Origin: Candidatus Binatia bacterium
Lineage (GTDB): Bacteria > Desulfobacterota > Binatia > HRBIN30
Assembly (NCBI GenBank): GCA_036382395.1
Contig: DASVHW010000155.1
Location: 1 to 51,357 of the forward strand
Reading direction: 5' to 3'
DNA length: 51,357 bases
Below the pieces are notes generated by a model. The model was not told the origin of the DNA and made no database searches. It saw only the letters and a list, made by a program, of their open reading frames with translations. This document shows positions 8,356 to 18,429 of the stretch, in pieces. Within the stretch, counting starts at the first letter, position 1, and the number at the start of each line of letters is the position of its first letter. The translations under genes and the position numbers were made by a program.

Positions 8356-8610
8356 TTATGCCGGGAAGATGTGGACTTGGCGGCGGTCTTTGCCGACCCG
8401 CTCGTAGCGGACGACGCCGTCGATCTTGGCAAACAGCGTAAAATCGCGACCCATCCCGACGTTCTTGCCCGGATGCACGCGCGTGCCGACCTGGCGCACC
8501 AGAATGCTGCCTGCCTTTGCCATCTCGCCCGCGAACAGCTTGACGCCACGCCGCTGTCCCTGGCTGTCGCGTCCGTTACGGGTGCTTCCTTGTCCCTTTT
8601 TATGCGCCAT
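8356..8610 (-). CDS. rpmA: 50S ribosomal protein L27
   Basis: [29 protein letters not shown]...[20 protein letters not shown]. Confidence 0.95.
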   Translation of the reverse strand: MAHKKGQGSTRNGRDSQGQRRGVKLFAGEMAKAGSILVRQVGTRVHPGKNVGMGRDFTLFAKIDGVVRYERVGKDRRQVHIFPA

Positions 8611-8935
8611 GGCTTCCTGCCCCTGTTTCGATGCCGGTCACACGAACCGCGGTGAACTGCTGCCGGTGGCCCTGATGACGGCGGTAGTTCTTGCGACGTT
8701 TCTTCTTGAACACCAGGATTTTCTTGGCTTTCCCGTGCTGGACGACCTTTGCGGTGACCCGGGCTCCCGCCACGAGCGGGGCTCCGACTCGGATTGCCCC
8801 CTCATCCGCCGTCATCAACACTTCCTGGAACTCGATATCCGATCCGGGCTCTCCGGTGAGCTTTTCGACTCGGATGACATCTCCGGGGGCAACGCGGTAT
8901 TGCTTCCCTCCGGTACGAATTACTGCATAGCTCAT
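8600..8935 (-). CDS. rplU: 50S ribosomal protein L21
   Basis: An internal ATG at 8935 within the 8600..9424 track ORF gives [26 protein letters not shown]... (111 aa). The upstream part of the track ORF is non-coding read-through. It overlaps the rpmA start by 11 nt. Confidence 0.9.
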   Translation of the reverse strand: MSYAVIRTGGKQYRVAPGDVIRVEKLTGEPGSDIEFQEVLMTADEGAIRVGAPLVAGARVTAKVVQHGKAKKILVFKKKRRKNYRRHQGHRQQFTAVRVTGIETGAGSHGA

Positions 8936-9019
8936 GGCTGGTCTCCAGATAAAGAAGCTACTTGAGTAGAAGAACCCTCTAATATTGTCAACTCCGGCTG
9001 GTGACGGTATGCAACACCC

Positions 9020-9307
9020 ATGGCGGCACTTACCCTCGTTCTGTATGGCAGGCCCGAGTGTCACCTGTGCGATGAAATGAAGCAAGTGGTGTTGCCGGTC
9101 GCACGAGAACTGGGGTGCACGGTGGCGGAGATCGACATCACCGGAGATGCCGATCTCGAAGCGCAGTTCGGTACGGAGATTCCTGTGCTCTTTGTCAACG
9201 GCCGCAAGGCCTTCAAGTACCGTGTCGTCGAACACGAGCTCCGCAAGCGCCTGGTTGCAGAAGGCCGCAGAGGGATGACCTCGGCTCCGGGCGGAGCGAA
9301 AGGTTGA
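9020..9307 (+). CDS. Glutaredoxin-like (thioredoxin-fold, DUF836-type) small protein
   Basis: LTLVLYGRPECHLCDEMKQVV...EIPVLFVNGRKAFKYRV: a CxxC motif in a thioredoxin-fold context. Confidence 0.7.
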   Translation: MAALTLVLYGRPECHLCDEMKQVVLPVARELGCTVAEIDITGDADLEAQFGTEIPVLFVNGRKAFKYRVVEHELRKRLVAEGRRGMTSAPGGAKG

Positions 9308-9323
9308 GAGGCGGTTCTGACGT

Positions 9324-10337
9324 ATGCCGATCATTGCTGTAGACGCGATGGGGGGGGATTTTGCCCCCGAGGAAGTGGTGAAGGGTGTTGCAGAGGCCTC
9401 CCTGGAGACAGACATCCAGTGCACCCTGGTTGGGGACGAGGCGGAGATTCAAGCCATCCTCAACCGCGTCGCGTACAACCCGGCGCATATCGGTGTGCAC
9501 CACACGCACGAGTTTGTCTCTATGGCGGATGACCCCAAGACGAGCCTGCGCCACAAGCGCCGCGCCTCGATCCTGGTTGCGGCCCGGCTGGTTGCGGAAG
9601 GGCAGGCGGACGCGGCGGTGACGGCTGGCAACACCGGGGCCGCCGTGCTCGCCTGTGCCCAGCAGTTCAAGACCATCCGTGGCGTCCGCAAGGCGGCGCT
9701 GGCCAGCGTGTATCCGCGGCAGACCGAATACCCCGGTCAGGATCAGCTCGCGCTGCTGCTCGATGTTGGGGCCACTATCCGCTGCGATGCCACGGAACTC
9801 GTGCAGTTTGCGTTGATGGGAAGCGCTTATGCGCGGCATATTTCGAAGGTGCCGAATCCTCGTGTGGCGTTGCTCAACATGGGGGTCGAGGAAACGAAGG
9901 GCGGGGACATTCTGGCCGACGCCTATCGTCGGCTCAAGGCGGTTCCAGGCATCAACTTCGTGGGCAACATCGAAGGCAACGATCTGGCGAAGGGAAAGGC
10001 CGATGTGATTGTGTGTGAGGGGCTCCTGGGAAATGTTGTGCTAAAATTGTTGGAAGGTTTAGCCGAAGTGGTAGTGGATTTGGCCGGGACGGCCCGCCGT
10101 GAGAATTGGCGGTGGAAGTTGGGGTTTTTCATGTTGGCAAGCGGTTTCGGGCGACTACGTGACCTGACTGACTACGCCGCTTACGGCGGCGCGCCCATCC
10201 TCGGCTTTGAACACCTGATGATCAAATCGCATGGCCGTTCGAATGCGCCCGCGATCAAGAACGCAATCAAAGTTGCGGCCAAGGCCGTGCGCGATGGGGT
10301 GACGCGGGAAATCACCGCCGGGATTGAACGACTGTGA
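9324..10337 (+). CDS. plsX: Phosphate acyltransferase PlsX
   Basis: MPIIAVDAMGGDFAPEEVVKG...AAVTAGNTGA...GNIEGNDL...LGFEHLMIKSHGRSN. Confidence 0.95.
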   Translation: MPIIAVDAMGGDFAPEEVVKGVAEASLETDIQCTLVGDEAEIQAILNRVAYNPAHIGVHHTHEFVSMADDPKTSLRHKRRASILVAARLVAEGQADAAVTAGNTGAAVLACAQQFKTIRGVRKAALASVYPRQTEYPGQDQLALLLDVGATIRCDATELVQFALMGSAYARHISKVPNPRVALLNMGVEETKGGDILADAYRRLKAVPGINFVGNIEGNDLAKGKADVIVCEGLLGNVVLKLLEGLAEVVVDLAGTARRENWRWKLGFFMLASGFGRLRDLTDYAAYGGAPILGFEHLMIKSHGRSNAPAIKNAIKVAAKAVRDGVTREITAGIERL

Positions 10338-11380
10338 TGGTGCTGCGCCGTGCCAAACGCCGCATGCCTGAGGTGCTGCGGCCCATCATCTTCCGCTGGG
10401 ACCTCGACAAGACATACCTGAAAACTGAGTTCGACTCCCTGCGCGAGCTGATGCGGGTGCCGTTCGAGAAGCCGCAAGACAAAGTCGCGGTCCCCGGTGT
10501 GGCCCCGCTCATTCGTGGCCTGCGCGAGGTGGCGACCCAGGCGGGCCGGGAGGTCCGGATCTATTTCATCTCGGCGAGCCCGCCGCAAATCGCCAAGGCT
10601 ATCAAGCAGAAACTTGCCCTCGACGGCATCGAGTACGATGGCATTGTGTTCAAGAACCAGTTACAGCACCTGGTCCGCGGTCGATTCCGCAACTTGCGCG
10701 AGCAAGTCGGCTACAAGCTGACGGAGCTGCTGAAGAGCCGCGGCGCGACGTCGGCGGAATCGCACGAGGCGCTGTTTGGCGACGACTGGGAGTCAGATCC
10801 AATCATCTATTCGCTGTATGCCGATGTTCTCGCCGGTCGCATCGCTGGCGACGAACTCGGTGAAGTTCTCCTTGCCATCGGCGTTGATCCGAGCCTGATT
10901 GCCGAGGCTAAGCAACTTGCGGCTGCAGCCGAGCGCGGCGAAGTCGTGGAAAAGATATACATCAACCTCGAGCGCCGCACCCCGCCGACCAGCTTTCGCG
11001 CTTTTGGTCCTCGCCTGGTGCCCACCTTCAACTACTTCCAAACGGCCGCGTGCTTGTTCGAGGACGGCTATCTGACCTTGCCGGCGGTGGTGCAGGTTGC
11101 CGAGAGTTTGATCAACGACTCAGGCTACACGCCTGGGGCGTTGGCGAATTCCCTGGCCGACATCACGCGCCGCGGGCATCTGCAGCAAGCGAGTACGATC
11201 GCGGTGCGCGAGTACTTACGAGCCCGCGGGCTGATCCCGCGTACCGGTCGTCGCCGTGTGGGCATGGCCTTGTGGCAGCGACTGAGCCAGTGGGTCAAAG
11301 CCAAACCCGCTCCGGTGCAGCCACAGGGCGATGCCATTGATTACCACCAACTGGTTATGCAATGGCGTGCGGCGCGTTAG
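10334..11380 (+). CDS. HAD-superfamily phosphatase, App1/DUF2183-like (putative phosphatidate phosphatase)
   Basis: DxDxT motif (WDLDKTYL), ISASP, and FGDDWESDPIIYSLY, which resembles the App1-family GD..E.DP.IY motif. The start (GTG 10334 or ATG 10337) overlaps the plsX stop. Confidence 0.6.
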   Translation: MMVLRRAKRRMPEVLRPIIFRWDLDKTYLKTEFDSLRELMRVPFEKPQDKVAVPGVAPLIRGLREVATQAGREVRIYFISASPPQIAKAIKQKLALDGIEYDGIVFKNQLQHLVRGRFRNLREQVGYKLTELLKSRGATSAESHEALFGDDWESDPIIYSLYADVLAGRIAGDELGEVLLAIGVDPSLIAEAKQLAAAAERGEVVEKIYINLERRTPPTSFRAFGPRLVPTFNYFQTAACLFEDGYLTLPAVVQVAESLINDSGYTPGALANSLADITRRGHLQQASTIAVREYLRARGLIPRTGRRRVGMALWQRLSQWVKAKPAPVQPQGDAIDYHQLVMQWRAAR

Positions 11381-11391
11381 GGAGCAAGGAG

Positions 11392-11721
11392 ATGACGGAT
11401 TGCATCGCCGTGTTGGTCACCGTCGGATCGCCGGAAGAAGGGGAACGGATTGCGCGGGCGTTGGTCGAGGAGCGTGTTGCCGCCTGTGTCAATCTGGTGG
11501 GTCCGATCAAGTCCACATACCGCTGGCAAGGTAAGATCAGGCGCGACGAGGAACTGTTGCTGATCATCAAGACGCGCGCGGCGCTCTTCGCCGAGGTGGA
11601 GGCCCGGGTGAAGGCGTTGCATTCCTACGGAACGCCGGAGGTGATCGCCTTGCCGATCACGGCGGGCGCTCAAGCGTACCTCGAGTGGTTACGCGCCGAG
11701 ACGCAATTACCCGGTAAGTGA
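11392..11721 (+). CDS. cutA: Divalent-cation tolerance protein CutA
   Basis: CIAVLVTVGSPEEGERIARALVEERVAACVNLVGPIKSTYRWQGKI...EVIALPI. The ATG at 11392 is preceded by ggagcaaggag. The track ORF begins 30 nt earlier. Confidence 0.85.
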   Translation: MTDCIAVLVTVGSPEEGERIARALVEERVAACVNLVGPIKSTYRWQGKIRRDEELLLIIKTRAALFAEVEARVKALHSYGTPEVIALPITAGAQAYLEWLRAETQLPGK

Positions 11722-11725
11722 AGCT

Positions 11726-12883
11726 CTACGGCCGCCGCAAGTGTGGCGGCGTAACGCCTTCGATGCGGAAGTCGTCGCTTGCTGGCCTGCCCGGAAGGCC
11801 GTTCTTCTTCGGCTCTTGACGTGAGAGATCGAGATTCTTGATGCGAATACGCAGGTTGTTGGCGCTGTCGGCGTCGGCCAGCGCCTGCTCCTCTGAAATT
11901 CGCCCCTGAGCATAAAGGTCATAAATTGCGTGGTCGAACGTCTGGCCGCCTTCGTGGGTGCTCTGCTCTATGGCTTCCTTGAGCGTGTCGATTTCACCTT
12001 TCTTGATGAGGTCTTTGATCCAGGGTGTGTCGATGAGGACTTCGAGCGCCGCCACACGCTTCCCATCGACCCCCGGCACGAGCCGTTGGGAGATGATACC
12101 CCGCAGATTGAGGGAGAGCTGAAGATAGATCTCGGGATGCCGTGGTTGGGGGAAGAAGTTCATGACCCGTTCGATTGCCTGGTTGGCGTTGTTCGAGTGT
12201 AGCGTCGCCAGGCAGAGGTGGCCGGTTTCTGCAAACGTGATCGCCGCCTCCATCGTTTCAGCGTCGCGCACCTCGCCAATGAGAATGACATCCGGCGCCT
12301 GGCGCAGGGTATTCTTCAATGCATCATTGAACGAAAGCGTATCGAAACCCACCTCACGCTGGTTCACGATGCACTTCTTGTGGCTATGCACAAACTCGAT
12401 TGGATCCTCGACCGTCAGAATGTGTCCCGCGGTCATCTCGTTACGGTGGTCCAACATAGCGGCTTGCGTGGTGGACTTGCCCGAGCCGGTTGCGCCAGTC
12501 ACCAGCACGAGCCCGCGGCGGCTGAGCGCAAGGGTTTTCAAGATCGGTGGCAACTGCAGCTCATCAAGCGTTGGGATGCGGATCCTGATCTGGCGCACCA
12601 CCACCGCCACCGCACCCCGCTGGCGAAACACATTGATACGAAAGCGGCCCAGTCGCTCCGAAGCGATGGCCAGATTCATTTCCAGCTTCTCATCAAAGGC
12701 GGCACGCTGGCGCTCACTCATGAGCGACGTCGCGAGCGCCTCGACCTCGACCGGCGTCAGCACCTCGGTTCCGACGGGTTCGGTGAACCCCTCGATGCGA
12801 AGCATGGGAGGACTCTCGATGGTCAGATAGAGATCGGAGGCGCCGCGCGTCACCATCTCGGAGAGCAGCAGCCGGATATCCAC
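11726..12883 (-). CDS. pilU: PilU-like type IV pilus retraction ATPase (PilT family)
   Basis: MDIRLLLSEMVTRGASDLYLTIESPPMLRIEG..., Walker A GATGSGKSTT, and ILIGEVRDAETMEAAITFAETGHLCLATLHSNNA. Confidence 0.8.
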   Translation of the reverse strand: MDIRLLLSEMVTRGASDLYLTIESPPMLRIEGFTEPVGTEVLTPVEVEALATSLMSERQRAAFDEKLEMNLAIASERLGRFRINVFRQRGAVAVVVRQIRIRIPTLDELQLPPILKTLALSRRGLVLVTGATGSGKSTTQAAMLDHRNEMTAGHILTVEDPIEFVHSHKKCIVNQREVGFDTLSFNDALKNTLRQAPDVILIGEVRDAETMEAAITFAETGHLCLATLHSNNANQAIERVMNFFPQPRHPEIYLQLSLNLRGIISQRLVPGVDGKRVAALEVLIDTPWIKDLIKKGEIDTLKEAIEQSTHEGGQTFDHAIYDLYAQGRISEEQALADADSANNLRIRIKNLDLSRQEPKKNGLPGRPASDDFRIEGVTPPHLRRP

Positions 12884-12886
12884 CGG

Positions 12887-13990
12887 TTACGCTCCGCGCC
12901 CCCCGACCGGCCGCGGAAATCGCTGCGCGCCAGCCTTGGCGTCGGTCGCCATTGCCCCGAACAAGTTCGGCGTTAGGGTCCTCGACTGCGCTTCTTCCTT
13001 GGTGACCAGGCCCCTGTTCACCAGATCGATCAGGGCCATGTCCAAGGTCTGCATTCCCACGGCTTGGCCGGTCTGCATGCTTGAAGGAATCTGATGGATC
13101 TTGTTCTCGCGGATCAGGTTGCGCACGGCGGGCGTCCCAATCAGAATCTCGAGGGCTGCGATCCGTCCCCCGGCTCGTTTGCGCAACAGGGTTTGTGTGA
13201 TCACCGCTTGGATCGATTCCGCGAACATGGTGCGGATTTGCGATTGTTGGCCCGCTGGGAAGACGTCGATGATGCGATCGACCGTCTTCGGCGCACTGGA
13301 GGTGTGCACAGTTCCAAACACCAGGTGGCCGGTTTCGGCCGCAGTCAGTGCCAACGAGATCGTTTCCAAATCGCGCATTTCGCCCACCAGGATGACATCG
13401 GGATCTTCACGCAACGCGCCGCGGAGCGCTGCGTCAAACGACATGGTGTGCGGTCCAACCTCACGCTGGTTGACCAAGCATTTCTTCGAGGTGTGGACGA
13501 ACTCGATCGGGTCCTCGATGGTCAGGATGTGTCCTTCGTAGCCCTCGTTGATATAGTCGATCATTGCCGCCAGAGTGGTCGACTTTCCAGAACCGGTAGG
13601 TCCGGTGACCAAGACCAATCCTTTCTCTTTGTCGGCAATGTCCTTTATCACCTGGGGCAGCCCGAGATCATCGAAGGTCATCACCTTCGTCGGGATCGTA
13701 CGGAACACGGCGCCCTCGCCGCGACGGGTGCGAAAGGCGTTCACCCGAAACCGAGCGATGTTCCCCAACTCGAACGAAAAGTCCGCGTCGTTCGTTTCCT
13801 GAAACGTCCTGCGCACCGCATCACTCATGATGTCGAAGACCATGTGGTGCACCTCTTCGGGGCTGAGCGGCGGGTGCTCGATGCGTTTCATGTCGCCATG
13901 AATGCGGAGCATCGGCTGCTCTCCAGACGAAAGGTGAACGTCGGAGGCTCCCTCCCGGTGGGCAAAAGTCAGCAACTGTGTGATATCCAT
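12887..13990 (-). CDS. pilT: Twitching-motility ATPase PilT
   Basis: MDITQLLTFAHREGASDVHLSSGEQPMLRIHGDMKRI, GPTGSGKSTT, and ILVGEMRDLETISLALTAAETGHLVFGTVHTSSA. The ATG at 13990 is preceded by gagagggg. The track ORF extends 42 nt further 5'. Confidence 0.9.
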   Translation of the reverse strand: MDITQLLTFAHREGASDVHLSSGEQPMLRIHGDMKRIEHPPLSPEEVHHMVFDIMSDAVRRTFQETNDADFSFELGNIARFRVNAFRTRRGEGAVFRTIPTKVMTFDDLGLPQVIKDIADKEKGLVLVTGPTGSGKSTTLAAMIDYINEGYEGHILTIEDPIEFVHTSKKCLVNQREVGPHTMSFDAALRGALREDPDVILVGEMRDLETISLALTAAETGHLVFGTVHTSSAPKTVDRIIDVFPAGQQSQIRTMFAESIQAVITQTLLRKRAGGRIAALEILIGTPAVRNLIRENKIHQIPSSMQTGQAVGMQTLDMALIDLVNRGLVTKEEAQSRTLTPNLFGAMATDAKAGAQRFPRPVGGRGA

Positions 13991-14139
13991 GGATGAACCC
14001 CTCTCGTGGATAGTGGAATGAGCAAAACGCACGCCAGGTGCGGGGGCTCGACACCTCTGGTGTCATCATGCCGGGGCAGGGGTGGCATCCTCAGCTTCGG
14101 GCAACGTGAGGGCCTGGGACGTTAATTTGGTAACGCCGC

Positions 14140-14781
14140 TCAGCGCGAGAGACTGGCCAACATGATCTGCATCAGAAGATTGCTGCCGGCGTGATAGAAC
14201 GTCGGTACAAGGATGGTGTCCGTCCGGGCTCGCAGCCATCCGTAGAGGAGGCCCGGGAAGAATACGATCAGACGTGCCGGACCCCCGTACCATAGATGGC
14301 ATGCGGCGAACAGTGCGGCGGCGATCGGCAACCCGAGCCCCCATTTTGCACCGAGGAATTCAAAGGGTCTGCCGCAGGCGCGATCGAATTCGGTCTGCAG
14401 GTATCCGCGAAAAAAAAACTCCTCAGGGAGGGCGATGAGCAGAAGCTGGTCAATGGCCGAAGCGAGAAACACCGTCGGCAAACGAAAGTGAAAATCCAGC
14501 CCGGACCACCAATGCGCAAGAAGGTAATGGCCGACCATGTAGGGGACAAACACCGCCACAATGACCCCGGCGTGAAAACGGACGCTGCCTGGACGCTTCA
14601 GGGTCAGGCCATATGTGGCGTAGGGGCGCCTGGCCAAGGTGACGAGCGCAAAGGGGGTTAGAAACCACAGAGTTGGGAGATGCAATGCCACCGCAAGGGG
14701 AAGCGTGCCAACGAGAAGCGCCAACGCTTCAGCGATGGGCCGGTAGCGATGCAGGCTCACGCCGTCCCACTTCCGCGTCAC
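14140..14781 (-). CDS. CPBP-family intramembrane glutamic endopeptidase (CAAX protease-like)
   Basis: Polytopic protein with LPEEFFFRGYL, FAACHL and HAGSNL motifs. Confidence 0.8.
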   Translation of the reverse strand: MTRKWDGVSLHRYRPIAEALALLVGTLPLAVALHLPTLWFLTPFALVTLARRPYATYGLTLKRPGSVRFHAGVIVAVFVPYMVGHYLLAHWWSGLDFHFRLPTVFLASAIDQLLLIALPEEFFFRGYLQTEFDRACGRPFEFLGAKWGLGLPIAAALFAACHLWYGGPARLIVFFPGLLYGWLRARTDTILVPTFYHAGSNLLMQIMLASLSR

Positions 14782-15437
14782 GGTGAAGGCGGACTCGCAT
14801 CTTCCACAATGATGGCGGACAAACCCAGGGGTGTGACCGACCGGGCAAGGGCGACGGCATCTTCCCGACGGCCGAACCGACCCATTCGCACCCGGTAGTG
14901 CCGGCCCGCCGCTCCGTCGAGCGTGGCGAGATAAACCCCATCAAAGCGCCGCTCCAAGGTGCGCTTGAGCCGCAGGGCGTTGTCGCGGTCCGCAAAGGCG
15001 CCGACCTGTACCGCGTACGCCGCGGAAGCAAGCTGCACACCTCCCATGCCCAGCACCTCGATGCGCACGGGCACCGTGCCGGGGCCGATCATGCCGACGG
15101 TACGCGCGGCGGCGTACGAGAGGTCGATCGCACGGTCCTTCACGAACGGTCCGCGGTCGTTGATGCGTACCTCTACCTCTTTGCCGTTCTGCATGTTGGT
15201 TACGGCCACGCGGGTTCCGAGCGGCAGCGTTTGGTGAGCGGCGGTCAAATCGTACTGGTCGTAGATCTCCCCACTAGAAGTGCGATTGCCGTGGAAGCCC
15301 GGGCCGTACCACGAGGCCATGCCAGTTTGGACGGCTCCAGAACGAGCCTCGATCGGAGGGGGATGGCGGCGCGCGACCAAGCCGCATCCCGACAGCAGCA
15401 CTCCCAGCACCAACCCTCCGGCCACCCCACGCCACAT
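14778..15437 (-). CDS. rlpA: Septal-ring lytic transglycosylase RlpA (DPBB + SPOR), lipoprotein
   Basis: Lipobox LLSGC. GMASWYGPGFHGNRTSSGEIYD...RINDRGPFVKDRAIDLS. C-terminal SPOR domain YAVQVGAFADRDNALRL. Confidence 0.85.
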   Translation of the reverse strand: MWRGVAGGLVLGVLLSGCGLVARRHPPPIEARSGAVQTGMASWYGPGFHGNRTSSGEIYDQYDLTAAHQTLPLGTRVAVTNMQNGKEVEVRINDRGPFVKDRAIDLSYAAARTVGMIGPGTVPVRIEVLGMGGVQLASAAYAVQVGAFADRDNALRLKRTLERRFDGVYLATLDGAAGRHYRVRMGRFGRREDAVALARSVTPLGLSAIIVEDASPPSP

Positions 15438-15518
15438 GGCCGCGGATTATACCAGAAGAGAGCACAGAAAGCGTACTGTCCGGGATCTATCAGGGAGACG
15501 TTCTCTGTCCTGTGCTTT

Positions 15519-16880
15519 TCAATTTCCCGCCACGGTCATGCGGGCAATTTTCACGGTCGGTGCCATCACGGAGTGACGAAGATCGAGATCGTTCCCGATG
15601 GCCTCGATGCTGTCGTACATGGTCAGGAGGTTGCCGGCGATGGTTATCTCCTCCACCGGATGAGCGAATTCGCCGTTCTCGATCCACTGGCCGACAGCAC
15701 CGCGCGAGTAATCGCCGGTCACCGGGTTGACTCCGAAGCCAATCAACTCTGTGACGTACAGGCCGCGATGCACCGACCGAATGATCTCTTCTGGAGAAGC
15801 GGTTCCCGCCTGGAGGAAAAGATTCGTTGGCGCGACCCGTGGGGCGTCGCCGACCGATCGGGCCGCGTTGCCGGTGCTGCGGCTATTGAGCTTTCGCGCC
15901 GAGTACGTATCGAAGAGGTAACTGGCCAGCACGCCGTGATCCAGCACGACGGTACGCCGAGTTGCTAGCCCCTCTCCGTCGAAGGGCTTCGAGCCCAAGC
16001 CGCCCACGATCGTTCCGTCATCGATGACCGTGACCCACTCCGGAGCGATGCGCTGGCCAAGCTTATCGAGCAGGAAGGAGGTTCGCTTGTACAAGGTGTA
16101 GCCCGAGACCGCGGTCGCGAGATGATGCATCAAGCTCGATGCCGTTTCGGGATCGAAGATCACCGGCACGTCGCAGGTCTGCACGCGCCGTGCATTGAGG
16201 CGACGTACGGCGCGCGCTGCGGCCTTGCGTCCGATCGCGGCCGGGTCTTCCAGCCGCGTCAATTTTCGTTGCACGGAATACCAGTAATCACGTTGCATCG
16301 AGCCGTTGGCGGAGGCAACGGGTACAACTGAAAGCGACACGCTCGAATCGCGGTACGCGCCGACGAAGCCGAGGGTCGACGCATACACGACACGGCCAGT
16401 AGAAGAAGAGAAGCTTGCACCTTCGGAGTTTGTGATGTGGGGGTCCGTGTCCAATGCCGCCCGCTCGGCTTCCCGAGCCGCGGCAATGGCCCGTTCGGCC
16501 GTGAGCGACTCGATCTCCGGGTCATAGAGTTCCAGATCGGGAGTTCCGGCTGCCAGTTCGTGGGCCTCAGGAAGCCCGGAGAACGGATCCGGCGCGATTA
16601 CCCGCGCCAGGGCACAGGTGTCCTCCGCCAGGCGCTCCAGCGCCTGGCGCGAAAAATCCGCGCTGGAAGTGATGGCGCTGCGTTCGTTGATGAAGACCCG
16701 CAGGCCGAGATGTTTCTGGCGCGCCTGTTTCAGCGTCTCGATCTCTGCCAGGCGCACGCCGGCTTCGAGCGCGTCTCCCTCGGCCACGACGACGTCGGCG
16801 GCGCTGGCGCCGTGGCGTTTCGCCGCCGCCAGCAGTACCTCGGCGATCTCTTCCAGCGGCTGGACACTCATGGTCTCCAC
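15519..16880 (-). CDS. pmbA: Metalloprotease PmbA/TldE
   Basis: 453-aa TldD/PmbA-family protein directly downstream of tldD (…GFGVNPVTGDYSRGAVGQWIENGE…). Confidence 0.85.
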   Translation of the reverse strand: METMSVQPLEEIAEVLLAAAKRHGASAADVVVAEGDALEAGVRLAEIETLKQARQKHLGLRVFINERSAITSSADFSRQALERLAEDTCALARVIAPDPFSGLPEAHELAAGTPDLELYDPEIESLTAERAIAAAREAERAALDTDPHITNSEGASFSSSTGRVVYASTLGFVGAYRDSSVSLSVVPVASANGSMQRDYWYSVQRKLTRLEDPAAIGRKAAARAVRRLNARRVQTCDVPVIFDPETASSLMHHLATAVSGYTLYKRTSFLLDKLGQRIAPEWVTVIDDGTIVGGLGSKPFDGEGLATRRTVVLDHGVLASYLFDTYSARKLNSRSTGNAARSVGDAPRVAPTNLFLQAGTASPEEIIRSVHRGLYVTELIGFGVNPVTGDYSRGAVGQWIENGEFAHPVEEITIAGNLLTMYDSIEAIGNDLDLRHSVMAPTVKIARMTVAGN

Positions 16881-16884
16881 CTCA

Positions 16885-18339
16885 TCAGGCAGCCTGCGTG
16901 CCCCCGACGGTCAGGCCGTCAATGCGGATGGTGGGCAGGCCGACACCGACCGGAACCGATTGGCCGTCCTTGCCACAGGTGCCAATGCCCTCATCGAGCC
17001 GGAGGTCGTTGCCGACCATGCTGATGCGCTTGAGGACATCAGGCCCGTTGCCGATGAGGGTGGCACCCTTCACCGGCCGCGTGATCTTGCCGCCCTCAAT
17101 GAGGTAGGTCTCACTCGTCGAGAAGACGAACTTACCGCTGGTGATATCGACTTGGCCGCCGCCGAAGTAGGCAGCGTAGAGACCGTGATCGACGGATCGG
17201 ATGATCTCATCGGCGGTGGATTCTCCAGCCAGCATGAACGTGTTGGTCATTCGCGGCATGGGGATATGCGCGAAGCTCTCCCGCCGCCCGTTGCCGGTGA
17301 GCGGCATGCCCATCAGTCGGGCGTTGAGTCGATCTTGCAAGTAGCCGCAGAGGATGCCCTTCTCGATCAGCACGGTGCGGCTGGTCGGGGTGCCTTCGTC
17401 ATCGACGTTGAGCGAGCCGCGGCGATTGGCCAGCGTGCCGTCGTCGATCACGGTGCACAACGGCGACGCTACCGGCTTGCCGAGCAGCGCCGAAAACGCA
17501 GAGACCTTCTTGCGGTTGAAATCTCCTTCTAACCCGTGGCCGACGGCTTCGTGCAGCAGAATGCCCGGCCAACCCGGACCGAGAACCACCGTCATCGTCC
17601 CCGCGGGTGCGTCGGTTGCATGCAGGTTGCGCAGCGCCTGATCCGCTGCGGCTCGCGTCAGACGCAGGTAGCGATCTTCCTCCAGCAAGAAACCGTACTC
17701 GACGCGGCCGCCCCCGCCGGATGTGCCTTGCTGGCGGTTCCCCGCTTCTTCCGCGATGCAGGTCACGTTGAGGCGGACGAGGGGCTGCGCGTCACCCACC
17801 AGCACACCAGCGGAGCTCACGATGAGCACGAGCTTCTGCTCGACGCCAATGGTTGCCATGACGTTCTTGATGCGTGGATCGTGGCGCCGCGCGGCGACAT
17901 CGATGCGGCTGAGCAGATCCACCTTGTCCGCTAAGGGCGCTTCCAGTGGCGATCGCGCCAAGGCGTACAAGTCGTGCCCCGGCGCCGCCTCATGGACTGC
18001 CACGGCACGGTGTTCTCCGCCGCCCTCTGCGATCGCCTGCGCCGTGCGCGTCGCCAGCCGCAAGCTGTCGATGGTGACATCATCGGAGTAGGCATACCCG
18101 GTCTTGTCGCCGGCAACCACGCGCACACCCACGCCCTGCATGATGTGCTGACTGGCCGTCTTGACGATGCCTTCCTCGAGGCTGAGGCTTTGGACTCTGC
18201 GGAGCTCGAAGTACAGATCGGCGTAATCCGCGCGACGCGCGACGGCGGTGCCGACGATGTGTTCCAGCGCGGACTGGCTGAGACCGAAACGTTCGAGAAG
18301 GAATCGCTCCGGTGCGTGTGTGGGAATCGCGGCTGTCAT
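16885..18339 (-). CDS. tldD: Metalloprotease TldD
   Basis: HEAVGHGLEGDFNRK metal-binding motif. 484 aa. GGGQVDITSGKFVFSTSETYLIEGGK. Confidence 0.9.
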   Translation of the reverse strand: MTAAIPTHAPERFLLERFGLSQSALEHIVGTAVARRADYADLYFELRRVQSLSLEEGIVKTASQHIMQGVGVRVVAGDKTGYAYSDDVTIDSLRLATRTAQAIAEGGGEHRAVAVHEAAPGHDLYALARSPLEAPLADKVDLLSRIDVAARRHDPRIKNVMATIGVEQKLVLIVSSAGVLVGDAQPLVRLNVTCIAEEAGNRQQGTSGGGGRVEYGFLLEEDRYLRLTRAAADQALRNLHATDAPAGTMTVVLGPGWPGILLHEAVGHGLEGDFNRKKVSAFSALLGKPVASPLCTVIDDGTLANRRGSLNVDDEGTPTSRTVLIEKGILCGYLQDRLNARLMGMPLTGNGRRESFAHIPMPRMTNTFMLAGESTADEIIRSVDHGLYAAYFGGGQVDITSGKFVFSTSETYLIEGGKITRPVKGATLIGNGPDVLKRISMVGNDLRLDEGIGTCGKDGQSVPVGVGLPTIRIDGLTVGGTQAA

Positions 18340-18429
18340 CGTGATAGTCCTTGATTTTGAGCCTGCAACCTGCGTAGCATAGTCGCAGTCACGGGGCCAG
18401 GTTGTGCGTAGCGCAAGACGAACGGTCGC

